From: Mobula hypostoma
Taxonomy: Eukaryota
Assembly: GCF_963921235.1 (NCBI RefSeq)
Contig: NC_086097.1
Coordinates: 57,228,001 to 57,292,000 of the forward strand
Direction: 5' to 3'
DNA length: 64,000 nt
Positions 53,168 through 64,000 of the stretch are shown piece by piece (position 1 is the stretch's first letter; every line of letters starts with the position of its first letter). The position numbers and the translations under genes were made by a program. The notes beneath the pieces were generated by a model. It did no database searches. It was not told the DNA's origin and was given only the letters and a program-made list of their open reading frames with translations.

Positions 53168-53710
53168 ATAGTCATAGTCATACCTTATTGATCCCGGGGG
53201 AAATTGGTTTTCTTACAGTTGCACCATAAATAATAGTAATAAAACCATAAATAGTTAAATAGTAATATGTAAATTATGCCTGGAAATAAGTCCAGGACCA
53301 GCCTATTGGCTCAAGGTGTCTGACCCTCCAAGGGAGGAGTTGTAAAGTTTGATGGCCACAGGCAGGAATGACTTCCTATGACGCTCTGTGTTGCATCTCG
53401 ATGAAATGAATCTCTGGCTGAATGTACTCCTGTGCCCAACCAGTACATTATGTAGTGGGTAGGAGACATTGTCCAAGATGGCATGCAACTTGGACAGCAT
53501 CCTCTTTTCAGACACCACCGTCAGAGAGTCCAGTTCCATCCTCACAACATCACTGGCCTTACGAATGAGTTTGTTGATTCTGTTGGTGTCTGGCACCCTC
53601 AGCCTGCTGCTCCAGCACACAACAGCAAACATGATAGCACTGGCCACCACAGACTCGTAGAACATACTCAGCATCGTCCGGCAGATGTTAAAGGACCTCA
53701 GTCTCCTCTA
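53168..53710 (-). mobile_element. Rex1/Babar-like LINE 3' fragment
   Basis: ORF 53303-53674 MFYESVVASAIMFAVVCW...RKSFLPVAIKLYN and a (TATGAC)n tail. Confidence 0.8.
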
Positions 53711-54927
53711 CTGTACATGCTCAAGTATTCCAATACTTGAGCAGGTATTCTGGGCTAAGGTTTTGATGCCATATCAAAGAAGAATTATGATTTTTAATAA
53801 GACTATTCAATTAAACCAATATCTGGAGCAGTGGGAAAAAATGGTTACTGTCCTGGCTTATCTTTATCTCTAAACTAACATTAATTATAGGGTCATCAAT
53901 CTGCAGTTTGGGGCAAAAATTGCAAGTTGTGCTTTTCAAAAGGCATCTTAAAAGCCTGAAATCTTCTATCTGAAATTTTTATTGATACTCTTTGTACAGA
54001 TGCTTCCTTTCTTTCTGAATATTTCCTTCATCTGTAGTGTTTTGTCTATTTCTTCAATCAGAGGTTTCAGTACAAAAGGGTTGAATTTCTCTGGGAATTG
54101 TGCTGAGGTCTGACTAGAATGGCTGTGGGGAAGAATGTACTGGTCCGTTCGGCATGCCGTAGGATTTGCAGTAATGATATAGTGGCTGTGAAGTGGGACA
54201 TAAGGTTGCATTGATTAGGATTATATTCCCCGAAATATGGAAGATTAAAAGTTGATTAAAGTGAGGTGCTTAAAATGAAATAATTTTATTGCATAGATGG
54301 AGATGAGCTATTTCTTCTGGTGGAAAGCTATTATTATACACCCTTAGTATTGGAACTTCAGAGGTAACATTGATGAATGTTAGGCAACTATCTGGGATGA
54401 AGGTGGATAGCTAGCATTAAAGTTATGGATTAACCACACTTTAATTCTCTGGCATAGGAAGAGGCTGAATAGTTTATCTGTTTTCATGTTTCAACGCTGA
54501 CTAATCATTTTTTGACTTGTGGGATTTTCTGAGGTAATAAATCACAATGCCATATTTGTGCTTTTTAAAAAAATAGATTGATGCCCCACAAGCAGAATAT
54601 TTTTAAACTTATGATTTGTTTAAAAATAGCACTGGACAGTTTAATAGTAAACAGAATGGTTTCTGGAGGTGCGAATATTGGATTGAATATAATACTAATG
54701 TGAAATTTAAATAGACTTTGAGTTTGTAAGGTTTGAAGTGTCTTTCAGCTTTTTGAAAAATTTTGCTATTTTGATGTGTAAGCTTTTGTGAACAGTGAAG
54801 TTGAATGGTTTACAAATGGAGCTAGTAAGCCAATAAAAATTAACAGTCAGAACCACTGATTTGGGTTTTGCATTTGAGAGATTTTTCTGAAGCTGCTGAT
54901 TGATCCTTGGATATGGTAGCAGATGTA

Positions 54928-56055
54928 ACACAGAAAACCTACAGCCCAATACAGGCCCTTCTGCCACAATGCTGCACCGAACATGTACTTACTTTAGAAA
55001 TTACCTAGGGTTACCCATAGCCCTCTATTTTCCTAAGCTCCATGTACCTATCCAGGAGTCTCTTAAAAGACCCTATCATATCCACCTCCACCACTGTTGC
55101 CGGCAGCCCAATCCACGCACTCAGCACTGTCTGCGTAAAACAACAACAACATACCCCTGACATCTCCTCTGTACCTACGTCCAAGCACCTTAAAACTGTG
55201 CTCTTTCGTGTTAGCTATTTCAGCCTTGGGGAAAAAAGCCTTTCACTATCCACATGATCAATGCCTCTCATCATCTTATACACCTCTATCAGATCACCTC
55301 TCATCCTCTGTCGCTCCAAGGAGAATAGGCCAAGTTCACTCAACCTATTCTCATAAGACATGCTGTCCAATCCAGGCAATATCCTTTTAATTCACCTCTG
55401 CACCCTTTCTATAGTTTCCACATCCTTCCTGTAGTGAGATGACTAGAACTGAGCACAGTACTCCAAGTGGGTTCTGACCAGGATTCTATAGAGCTGTAAC
55501 ATTACCTCTCGGCTCTTGAACTCAGTCCCATGATTGATGAAGGCCAATGCACCATATGCCTTCTTAACCACACAGACAACCTGCATAGCAGCTTTGAGTG
55601 TCCTATGGACATGGACCCCAAGATCCCTCTGATCCTTCACACTGCCAAGAGTCTTAACATTAATACTATATTCTGCCATTATATTTGACCTACCAAAAAT
55701 GAACCATCTCAGACTTATCTGGCTTGAACTCTATCTGCCACTTCTTAGCCCAGTTTTGCATCCTATTGATGTCCCACTGTAACCTCTGACAACCTCCACA
55801 CTACTCACAACACCCCCAACCTTTGTGTCATCAGCAAATTTACTAGCCCATCCCTCCACTTCCTCATCGAAGTCATTTATAAAAATCATAAAGAGAAGAG
55901 GTCCCAGAATAGGCACACCACTGGTCACCGGCCCCCATGCAGAATATGACCCGTCTGCAACCACTCTTTGCCTTCTGTGGGCAAGCCAATTCTGGATCCA
56001 CAAAACAATGTCCCTTTGGATCCCATGGCTCCTTACTTTCTCAAGGTGCCTAATT
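54928..56055 (-). mobile_element. CR1 LINE, 5'-truncated
   Basis: ORFs 55731-56060 (WIQNWLAHRRQRVV, KFADDTK) and 55443-55679 (LVRTHLEYCAQF). Confidence 0.92.
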
Positions 56056-56339
56056 GGCAAAACTTAGTCATGGGCTAGTTATAACTGAGAACTTTTGAAT
56101 GCATTATCCTAGATTCATTATCTGTGGGGATTTTTGATTTTATAGATGTTGCCTCAAGTTGATACTTTCAATGGTGATGATGGATATGCTCTTGTTATAT
56201 TGGGCTTTTGTTTTTACTGACGTTGAGTAAGAAACTGCTGTTGCTGCACCATCTGTGTATTGTTCAACAACAGTGCTGTTGTTAGCGGATTTGTATATGT
56301 CATTGGAATTGAGCTTAGCCACGTTTTCATGTTTCTAGG

Positions 56340-56570
56340 GACTAGAACAGCAGGCTAAGTGCACAGTCTTGAGTTGCCTGCACCAGTGTAGATGGTCAGT
56401 GAGGATTGGTAACAGCATCTCCTCATTGACTGACATCTGTCTATGAGAAAGTATAGGTTCCAGTTGCAGAGGAGAGGTAGAGAGGTCCAAGTCTTGAAGT
56501 TTAGATGGGATCATTGTTTTGAAGGCTGAGCTGTAGTCAATAAACAGCAGCCTGACATGCGTTTCTGCAT
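56340..56570 (-). mobile_element. Rex1/Babar-like RT fragment
   Basis: HVRLLFIDYSSAFKTMIPSKL within ORF 56335-57003. Confidence 0.7.
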
Positions 56571-57028
56571 AAAATCGTGAGACCACCACCAGCTGGAAGT
56601 TTTCCTCCAAGCCACACACCTTGGAAATGTATTGTTGGGTTAATATAAAGATTAATTTATTATCAAAGTATACAACTCTGAAATTCTTCTTCTCCAGATA
56701 GCCACAAAACCAAGAAAGAAAAGAACGGCGGTAATGAAAACCAATTTCCCCCGGGATCAATAAAATATGCCTATGACTAAATCCCTCCTTCCTGCACAAA
56801 AATATGAACAAAAACGGAACAAGCACATTGATCCCCCTCATACCCTCTCCCCCCTGCACACACAAAAAAAAAAGATCAGGCAAAAAACACAATATAAAAA
56901 AACGATAAGACTGGGAAAAAAGTCCATAGCCCAATCCATCCCCTCCTAACAGTTTTGTGGATATATAGTAAATGTTGGAAGAATTCAACAGGTTGAGAAA
57001 CATGTTTGGAGGGAAATAGTATCAAAGA

Positions 57029-57157
57029 AGTCCTGATGAAGTGTTTTGGCCTAAAATGTGGACCGTTTATTCCTCCCCGTAGAAGCTGCCTGTCCTGAGT
57101 TCATCCAGCATCTGGTGTTTGTTGATCAAGATTTCAAGCATCTGCAGAATCTCTTGT
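57029..57157 (+). mobile_element. Short Penelope-derived element beginning at a degenerate hammerhead
   Basis: agtcCTGATGAagtgttttggcctaaaatgtggacc...gcatctgcagaatctcttgtg. Confidence 0.7.
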
Positions 57158-59759
57158 GGATATATCCTCACCTTGAGTACTGTAGTGGTTCAAGAAGACA
57201 CCTTGCCCCCACCTTCTTGAGGACAGTTTAGGACGGGCAGTTAAATGCTGGATCAATCTCAAAGCCTGTTTCATTTGAATGATTTAAAAGAAAAGATTCC
57301 TGAATTTTTTTTACCTGCTTATTTTATGGTATTAAAGTATGCTGGGAGGATATATTAGATATGGAAGATGCTGGTTAAAACTCATGCAATAAATATAATT
57401 ATGTATATCAAATATGTGGGTTTGAAGTGAAGTATTTAGCCAGGTATGTTACAAAGCATTCTATTAACAAATTATTATGTTGACAAAATTAGCTACAAAG
57501 AGACCAGTTGCTTAAAATGTGTTGTGTGTTGCAAATGCATTTGTATTATTTCATCCATGATGTGTGACCATCGAGATATTCTGCGTCCATTGAGATATTC
57601 TGTGTCCTCTGAGGGGACAAAAGAAAAGAGTATTAAATAAAAAATCTACAGGTCTAAAATACTTTTCATAGTAAAACAATGACATATTCCTTGCTTTTTA
57701 TTCAAGAAAATCATCATACAATCTTGCAATCTTGGCAACATTATGCATACACGATTTATCTTGCAAGTCCTCATGCGTATGTTGTGTTGTTTGCTTCTTA
57801 AGAATAATTACGCCAAGTCTGTCATGTGTTGCCAGGTGTTTGAAAGCCTTCAGGCTATGATCTTTCAATGCTTTGAGGATCCAAAAACAGAATTTTCAAT
57901 GTTTATCATTTGCTAGACATTGAGACTGATCTTTTAAAAAAAAATAGATTGTGTACATTTTAATGTAATTTTATTTTTGCAGACCTTGGCACTGTAAAAT
58001 ATTAAACTGATGTGTTTAACTTAATTGTTTTTGCTAAAAGGAAAATTCAGTTTTTTTTGTGGAGATATATTGGAGAAGCAGTTGCTTTGGAAAAAGGTAT
58101 TCACAAGCATGATTTATTTTAGAAATTCCTTTTAAAATAGTAGAAATTGGTCATTAAAATGTGAGATTTGTAAAATTGTGCATCTTTGCATCAGTTCCTA
58201 AAATTTTTGAAGAAACAAACACATGAGCTGGATGTTTGTGCAGAGACTAAACGTAGATTCTTATTGTTCACTATTAGAAGAAGTATTAGAATCATTTAGT
58301 TTTTTTATAAACCAATCATTCATTTTACAAGAGTGTCTTAACACTAATAAGAACCAACTCCAAAATACTAATAAAGCAATCTTTAGGTCTGCTAGGATTT
58401 ATGATTTGTGTTAAGCTGTTTTCCTTTGAGTGATTACATATGTATTATCTGCAATATGCTCTCTTTTTGTTGTTGAGAATCCATCAGTTTTGTGATATGT
58501 GATTTTTAGTTGTAAGGAATTCATTTTATTTTTATTTGACTTTTAGCATGATGGACATTGCAGTTTCACTTTTAATTTTTTCATTATTTTAGTAAAAACT
58601 TCGTAAGTATTTATTTTTACCCATGCTATGTTCACTTAGACTACTGCCAGAAAAGAATGTTCTGGATGAATGTATCACAGGAATTTTAAATGTCTTTGAC
58701 AGCTAACTAAATTAGAATTCAGGCTTTCCACATGTTAAAATCCTGTTCAGTTGTGTCTGTTGAAGCTTAGGGTATTATGCATGCTTGAGTGGTTATTTAT
58801 TGAATGGAGGGGGAGGGTGTTTACTGGAAAAGGATTGAATGTCACTGTGATGAGAGAGCATAAATGAAGGAGGTTGAAATATTGTGGCTCTGATGTTCTT
58901 GTGACTGGTCATCAGCCTGAAGAATCTCAGCTGTTCTTACTTGTGAAAATCATGGGTATGGTTGCCTAGATACAGATGCTTTTGATTAGCTCATTCTTCC
59001 CCTGAGATTCTGCACCACCCCATTAATGGAAGACAGCAGCAATAGAAAGTGAGAAAATGGCCTCCCATAAATGTATTTTTGTCTGTACAGAAGCCGCAGC
59101 AAGGATGAAACACACTGATTTGCACCCCCAGGCTGACTTTATTATTCTAGAGCTGACATTGAATGTAAACATTGGATGACTCATCAGTCAGACAACAAAT
59201 GTCACTGTCAGGGATTATCTTTAACTGAGAATTCAGAACGCCCACTTGTCATCTGCTGTGTGTATTGAATTATGAATTATTTACCTTTGCATGAAGTGAA
59301 ATGAGTGTAAGAGTAAGATTTGTTTTTTTTAAATAGGTGCTAATGTATTCTGGAAAAATAACAGTTTATAGAATATTTCACTAAATCTTCATCTACAGAA
59401 GCATATAGTTTGGTTTGTAATACATAGCAGTGGTTTGTACAACTGCTATTTTGCTATGACAACATTGAACATTGATCATTGTAATATCACCCCCATAAAA
59501 ATTCAGAAATTCATATAAAAGGATTATTAATGCAAATATGTTTATTACACAGAAAATGCAAGTATTATGGAGCAAAATGTACAGGATTCCAAATCTCTGG
59601 GAGAAAATATGAATATGAGAGCTGCAGAGCAGCTTTCCATTAGGGTAATTATTTGTTATATTCACATTTGTATTAATCATTCCAGGACAAGAAGGGGAAA
59701 ATTAAAGGTGCACATAACCATGAAATGTAGTTACATAATAAGATACCAATGCAGAAAAA

Positions 59760-60870
59760 TCCCTTCCTCCACCATCAACTCTGCTCTCAAACGTATCTCC
59801 CACATTTCACGCACATCTGCTCTCACCCCATCCTCCCATCACCCCACTAGGGATAGGGTTCCGCTTGCCCTCACCTACCACCCCACCAGCCTCCAGGTCC
59901 AACATATAATTGTCTGTAACTTCCGCCACCTCCAATGGGATCCCACCACTAAGCACATCTTTCCCTCCCCCCCCCCACCGCTTTCCGCAGGGATCGCTCC
60001 CTATGCGATTCTCTTGTCCATTCGTTCCCCCGCCCCCATCCCTTCCCACCGATCTCCCTCCCGGCACTTATCCTTGTAAGTGGAACAAGTGCTACACATG
60101 CCCTTACACTTCCCCTCTCACCACCATTCAGGGCCCCAGACTGTCCTTCCAGGTGAGGTGACACTTCACCCGTGAGTCGGCTGGGGTGATACACTGTGTC
60201 CGGTGCTCCCGATGTGGTCTTCTATATATTGGCGAGACCTGACGCAGGCTGGGAGACCGTTTCGCTGAACACCTAAGCTCTGTCCGCCAGAGAAAGCAGG
60301 ATCTCCCAGTGGCCACACATTTTAATTCCATGTCCCATTCCTATTCTGATATGTCTATCCACAGCCTCCTCTACTGTAAAGATGAAGCTACACTCAGGTT
60401 GGAGGAACAACACATTATATTCTGTCTGGGTAGCCTCCAACCTGATGGCATGAACATTGACTTCTCTAACTTCCCTTAATGCCCCACCTCCCCTTCGTAC
60501 CCCATCCGTTATTTATTATTATTTTATATATATATATATTTTTCCTCTCTTTTTCTCCCTCTGTCCCTTTCACTATACTCCTTGCCCATCCTCTGGGATT
60601 ACCCCCTCCCCTTGCTTTCTTCCTAGGCCTCCTGTCCCATGATCCTCTCATATCCCTTTTGCCAATCAACTTTCTAGATCTTAGCTTCATCCCTCCCTCT
60701 CCTGTCTTCTCCTATCATTTCAGATCTCCCCATCTCCCTTTCAAATCTCATACTGTCTCTTCTTTCATTTAGTCCTGACAAAGGGTCTCGGCCCGAAACG
60801 TCGACTGTACCTCTTCCTAGAGATGCTGCCTGGCCTGCTGTGTTCACCAGCAATTTTTATGTGTGTTGTT
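59760..60870 (+). mobile_element. Penelope-like element 3' part with GIY-YIG endonuclease
   Basis: RDRVPLALTYHP, C..CYTC, GVIHCVRCSRCGLLYIGET*RRLGDRFAEH, and a hammerhead at 60771-60806 with core CUGACAA. Confidence 0.92.
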
Positions 60871-60916
60871 TAAAACTGACAACCCATCTTTTTAATTTGA
60901 AAATTGGATGTTCTTG

Positions 60917-61185
60917 GGCCGGCTGGTGGCGCAATGACATTGGTGCCGGACCTGGGAACGGAGGTTCCCGGGTTCGAAACCAGTCAGGTCTGCTCCCGAG
61001 TACGCTTTCCATCCGTGCTGGGTTGAGTGTTGGAATTGCAACTTGACCTCGTAAAATAAAGGGAAAAATACTGTGAAAATGTCTGTGTGAGGAGTGACGT
61101 GTCACACAGACTCCCTCTCGCTCCACACCTTGTAAAGGCCATGCACACGCACAGACACGCATGCAGGCACACGCCAGAAAAAAAA
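60917..61185 (+). mobile_element. tRNA-derived SINE, apparently full length
   Basis: A-box-like TGGCGCAATG, B-box GGTTCGAAACC and an A-rich tail. Homologous to 31872-32097 and about 63930-64000. Confidence 0.8.
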
Positions 61186-61394
61186 GGGATGTTATTATCT
61201 TCTTGTTCTACGTAGATGCTCTACATATTCTGATTGATAGAATGGGTAGCTCAGCTGCTCCCCAACCCAAGATTCTTGAAAAAGATATTTTGAGATGGGC
61301 TTAATATCAGTAGTTTTGCCACCAAGCAATGAGTTGTGAAGAGTCTATATGATATCATAACAATGCTGAAAATCCACAGGAGCCCACTTTCCAG

Positions 61395-62230
61395 TGTTAC
61401 ATACCCCGTAACTGGGTTGCCAAACCAGCAGAAATGGACCACTTAGTTGGAGTCTGGATTACTGGAACTAAGAAAGTTTTATTAAAGAAATAAGTAGCAC
61501 AGTACTCAAAACGTAAGGATATAAATGCAACGGGTTAGCAATGATAAAACACACATGTACACAGAACTAGGATAATAGGAATCAATCAAGCTCTATCGCA
61601 GTCTAGGGGTAAAATGATCGGTCTCAAGTGACGCAGAGTTCAGTTCAGTTTAGTTCAGTTTGCAGTAATCGCTGTTGAGCCGTTGGGGAGAGAGAGTGAG
61701 AGAGCGAATGATGATATTCAAATTGGATTCAAACAGAGCTTTGATATTCCTCGCAGTTAGCTTTCGAGCGAGCCCTTTGTAATGTCTTCTGAGGTCACCA
61801 ACTGTGACCCCTCCGTTCTGGATACGGTCGTTCTTCTGCGGTGAACCCGGCACCCAGGCAAGGGCGGACACAAACACCAGGTTCCCACCGATCGTACCTT
61901 CTCACCCTGTGCGTCTATGGTCAGTCCTGTGACCAGACCTCCAAAACTCCCACCAACTTGTGGGGGGGGGGGGCACACTGCACTTCCAGGATCTCGTGGT
62001 GTCATGGTGTGTCGCTTGCCTTAGCGAACCTGTTCCTTTTATCCCCCTGCTGGGGTATCGCCTGTCCATCAAACTTCAAACAGTTCAGGTTCAAAGCAAC
62101 TGGTCTGACAATACTCGGAACTGTGTCTCTTTTCATTAATCTCTCTCATCTCTCATATTAACATTTTGAATGTTTCCCCATTGTCTCTCTTATCGGCATC
62201 AATCTTCTGATAACTTGGTCTTTTGTCACA
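61395..62230 (-). mobile_element. Solo LTR (gypsy-like), 836 bp
   Basis: TGTTACA...TGTCACA termini, a 4-bp TSD CCAG (61391-61394 and 62231-62234), and AATAAA on the minus strand near 61478-61483. Confidence 0.85.
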
Positions 62231-62560
62231 CCAGTGTAAACGTTAGGATGTTCCCACCCTTGTTTATTGCTACTGAGCCTATCTATCTAAAAAAAGAAAT
62301 TGGAGGATAAAACCATTTTAGCACAAAATCAACAACTGTAATCAGTATCCTTTTTATTCTGCTATTATAGTTGGATTCCAGGTGCTCTACAGTATATACT
62401 GTACATTCTAAGTTATTGATCTTTGCTACTAGTTATGCTCAGAGTTTTGCAAGTTTTAAAATTCCATACTTCTGGCATCCTAATTACATGTTTACTGACA
62501 TAGCTGAACTGGAAAATTCAGGCTATATGGCACATTTTTAATGCCTTTCAGAAGGTTATA

Positions 62561-63462
62561 CAATGGATTCCAGTTCACTGGGACACATCAGGATTTTGGC
62601 CGAATTAAATGTCTTTCCCATTTAGCTGAAGTTTCATGGAAATGGTTAAAAAGGTATTTAAAAAAAACACAAACTACCATTTACCTGAGTGACAAATTAT
62701 GTATTTAAATGAAACACAACTAATTAGAACACTACCAATACTACTACAGTACTATAAAACTGTGTATTAGTTGCTAATAGTTATCAACGGAGGAATTTAT
62801 CCTTTGTGCACTGCTGTATTTTTGACTGACTGTAAATGAACAGAATGTGCAGACACCTAGGCAGGTGGTACTGCCTTCATACAATGCTTTCAACGATTGC
62901 ATCCGCCAAATCTTCATATTCATTGTAGCATTCAAGGTGATTGTCGATATCTTCAAATTCTTCATAGTTCCTAATTTGTTGAAGTAATGACATTGTTTTA
63001 TTTTCACTCCTGGTGTTTTCTAGCATCTCTAAGCCTGAATGCTTGAACTCAGTTCTGAATTGTCTTAACTGCTTAAAAAAGGATTTGGTGCTTTCCGGAT
63101 GTATATGACGAATAAACTCCTCTCTGGTTTCCAGCTGGGTACAAGTATTGATTGTAACCGTCATTTTGATGATCAACTCTGCCATTTTCATCAGGGATGA
63201 TGCCTGGACATACATAGCCCAGTGGTTATTTATGCCCCCATAGTCCATCCCTCCTGATTAGTTGGTACTCATCCCATCAGGTTTCACTCTCTCACCGTTT
63301 ACAATTGACTTTCAGTTCTTACTTACAGCGAGACCTTCATCTTCGTTAAGAATCTTTCCCTCTAGTTTTATTTCAATGGCTTCCTTTACCAGAGAATTCC
63401 AGCTGTTTTGTTTTTTGAGTTGTCCCAAATAAATGGCAGCCCCAATTAACTGGAATCCACTG
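62561..63462. mobile_element. Tigger/pogo-type non-autonomous element carrying a Penelope-like fragment
   Basis: TIRs CAATGGATTCCAGTTCACTGGG / CCCAATTAACTGGAATCCACTG, with TA on the left. Internal minus-strand SLVKEAIEIKL..LNEDEG and a CUGAUGA motif. Confidence 0.7.
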
Positions 63463-63492
63463 TGTGTGTGTGTGTGTGTGTGTATACACACA

Positions 63493-64000
63493 CAGTCGGC
63501 CCTCCTTATCCGCGAGGGATTGGTTCCGGGATCCTTCACAGATACCAAAAAATGCGGATGCTCAAGTCCCTTATTCAACCTGTCTCAAAATTGGTGGACC
63601 TTAGGACCCAGCGGAACCCTGGACTTCATTTAACCTGTCTCAGTGTGGTGGACATTAGGACCCGGTGGCGGAGCTCTGAATCTGCAGTGTTTCTGTTCAC
63701 GAAAATAATCACGATCATGATTGAAAATAAAGTGGAAATAATAAAGCGATCAGAAAGAGGTGAAACGCCATCGATCATTGGAAAAGCGTTTGGCTACAGT
63801 CGGTCAACGATTGGAACAATTTTAAAGGATAAAGTGAGAAAGGCCCTGCCCCGATGAAAGCTACAATTATTACTAAGCAACGCAGTGGTTTAATTATTGG
63901 GTTTTGGAGTTTTGGGTTTTTGATCCTCCACATCAATCCGGCATGGATGGAGAGTGTGCTTGGGATCGGTCTGTCACTGGATCGAAATCGGGAACTTCTG
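63493..64000 (+). mobile_element. Tigger-like DNA transposon 5' part
   Basis: Starts CAGTCGGCCCTCCTTATCCGCG. HTH-like ENKVEIIKRSERGETPSIIGKAFGYSRSTIGTILKDK. Confidence 0.8.

Noticed and set aside
60917..60990. tRNA-like sequence with A and B boxes
   Set aside because: It continues into a dispersed repeat body with other copies in the window, so it is a SINE head rather than a tRNA gene.
24900..63000. Exons of a neighbouring host gene in the downstream region
   Set aside because: No ORF there shows a recognisable non-transposon domain. Small exons cannot be excluded by eye.
63461..63494. (TG)n-TA-(CA)n palindrome
   Set aside because: It is a simple microsatellite at the junction of two TA-targeting transposons.

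Overview
This is vertebrate genomic DNA, most likely from a cartilaginous fish (shark or ray), inferred from its mix of CR1, Penelope-like, RTE, Tc1, Tigger and V-SINE-like repeats. There is one intact protein-coding gene, the intronless IRF2BPL (22211-24193, +), with a CpG-rich promoter. Most of the rest is a transposon-rich gene desert. The most notable unannotated signal is at 1-3430: hand translation shows a tandem array of at least two, probably three, badly decayed intronless 7TM genes carrying TAS2R (bitter taste receptor)-like motifs, with a weaker fourth candidate near 5.9 kb. Also notable is a 1.2 kb spacerless palindrome made of two head-to-head Penelope-like 3' ends, each carrying a minimal hammerhead ribozyme, inserted into a CR1. 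Degenerate copies of that hammerhead occur across the window. Repeat boundaries are approximate unless TSDs or TIRs are cited.
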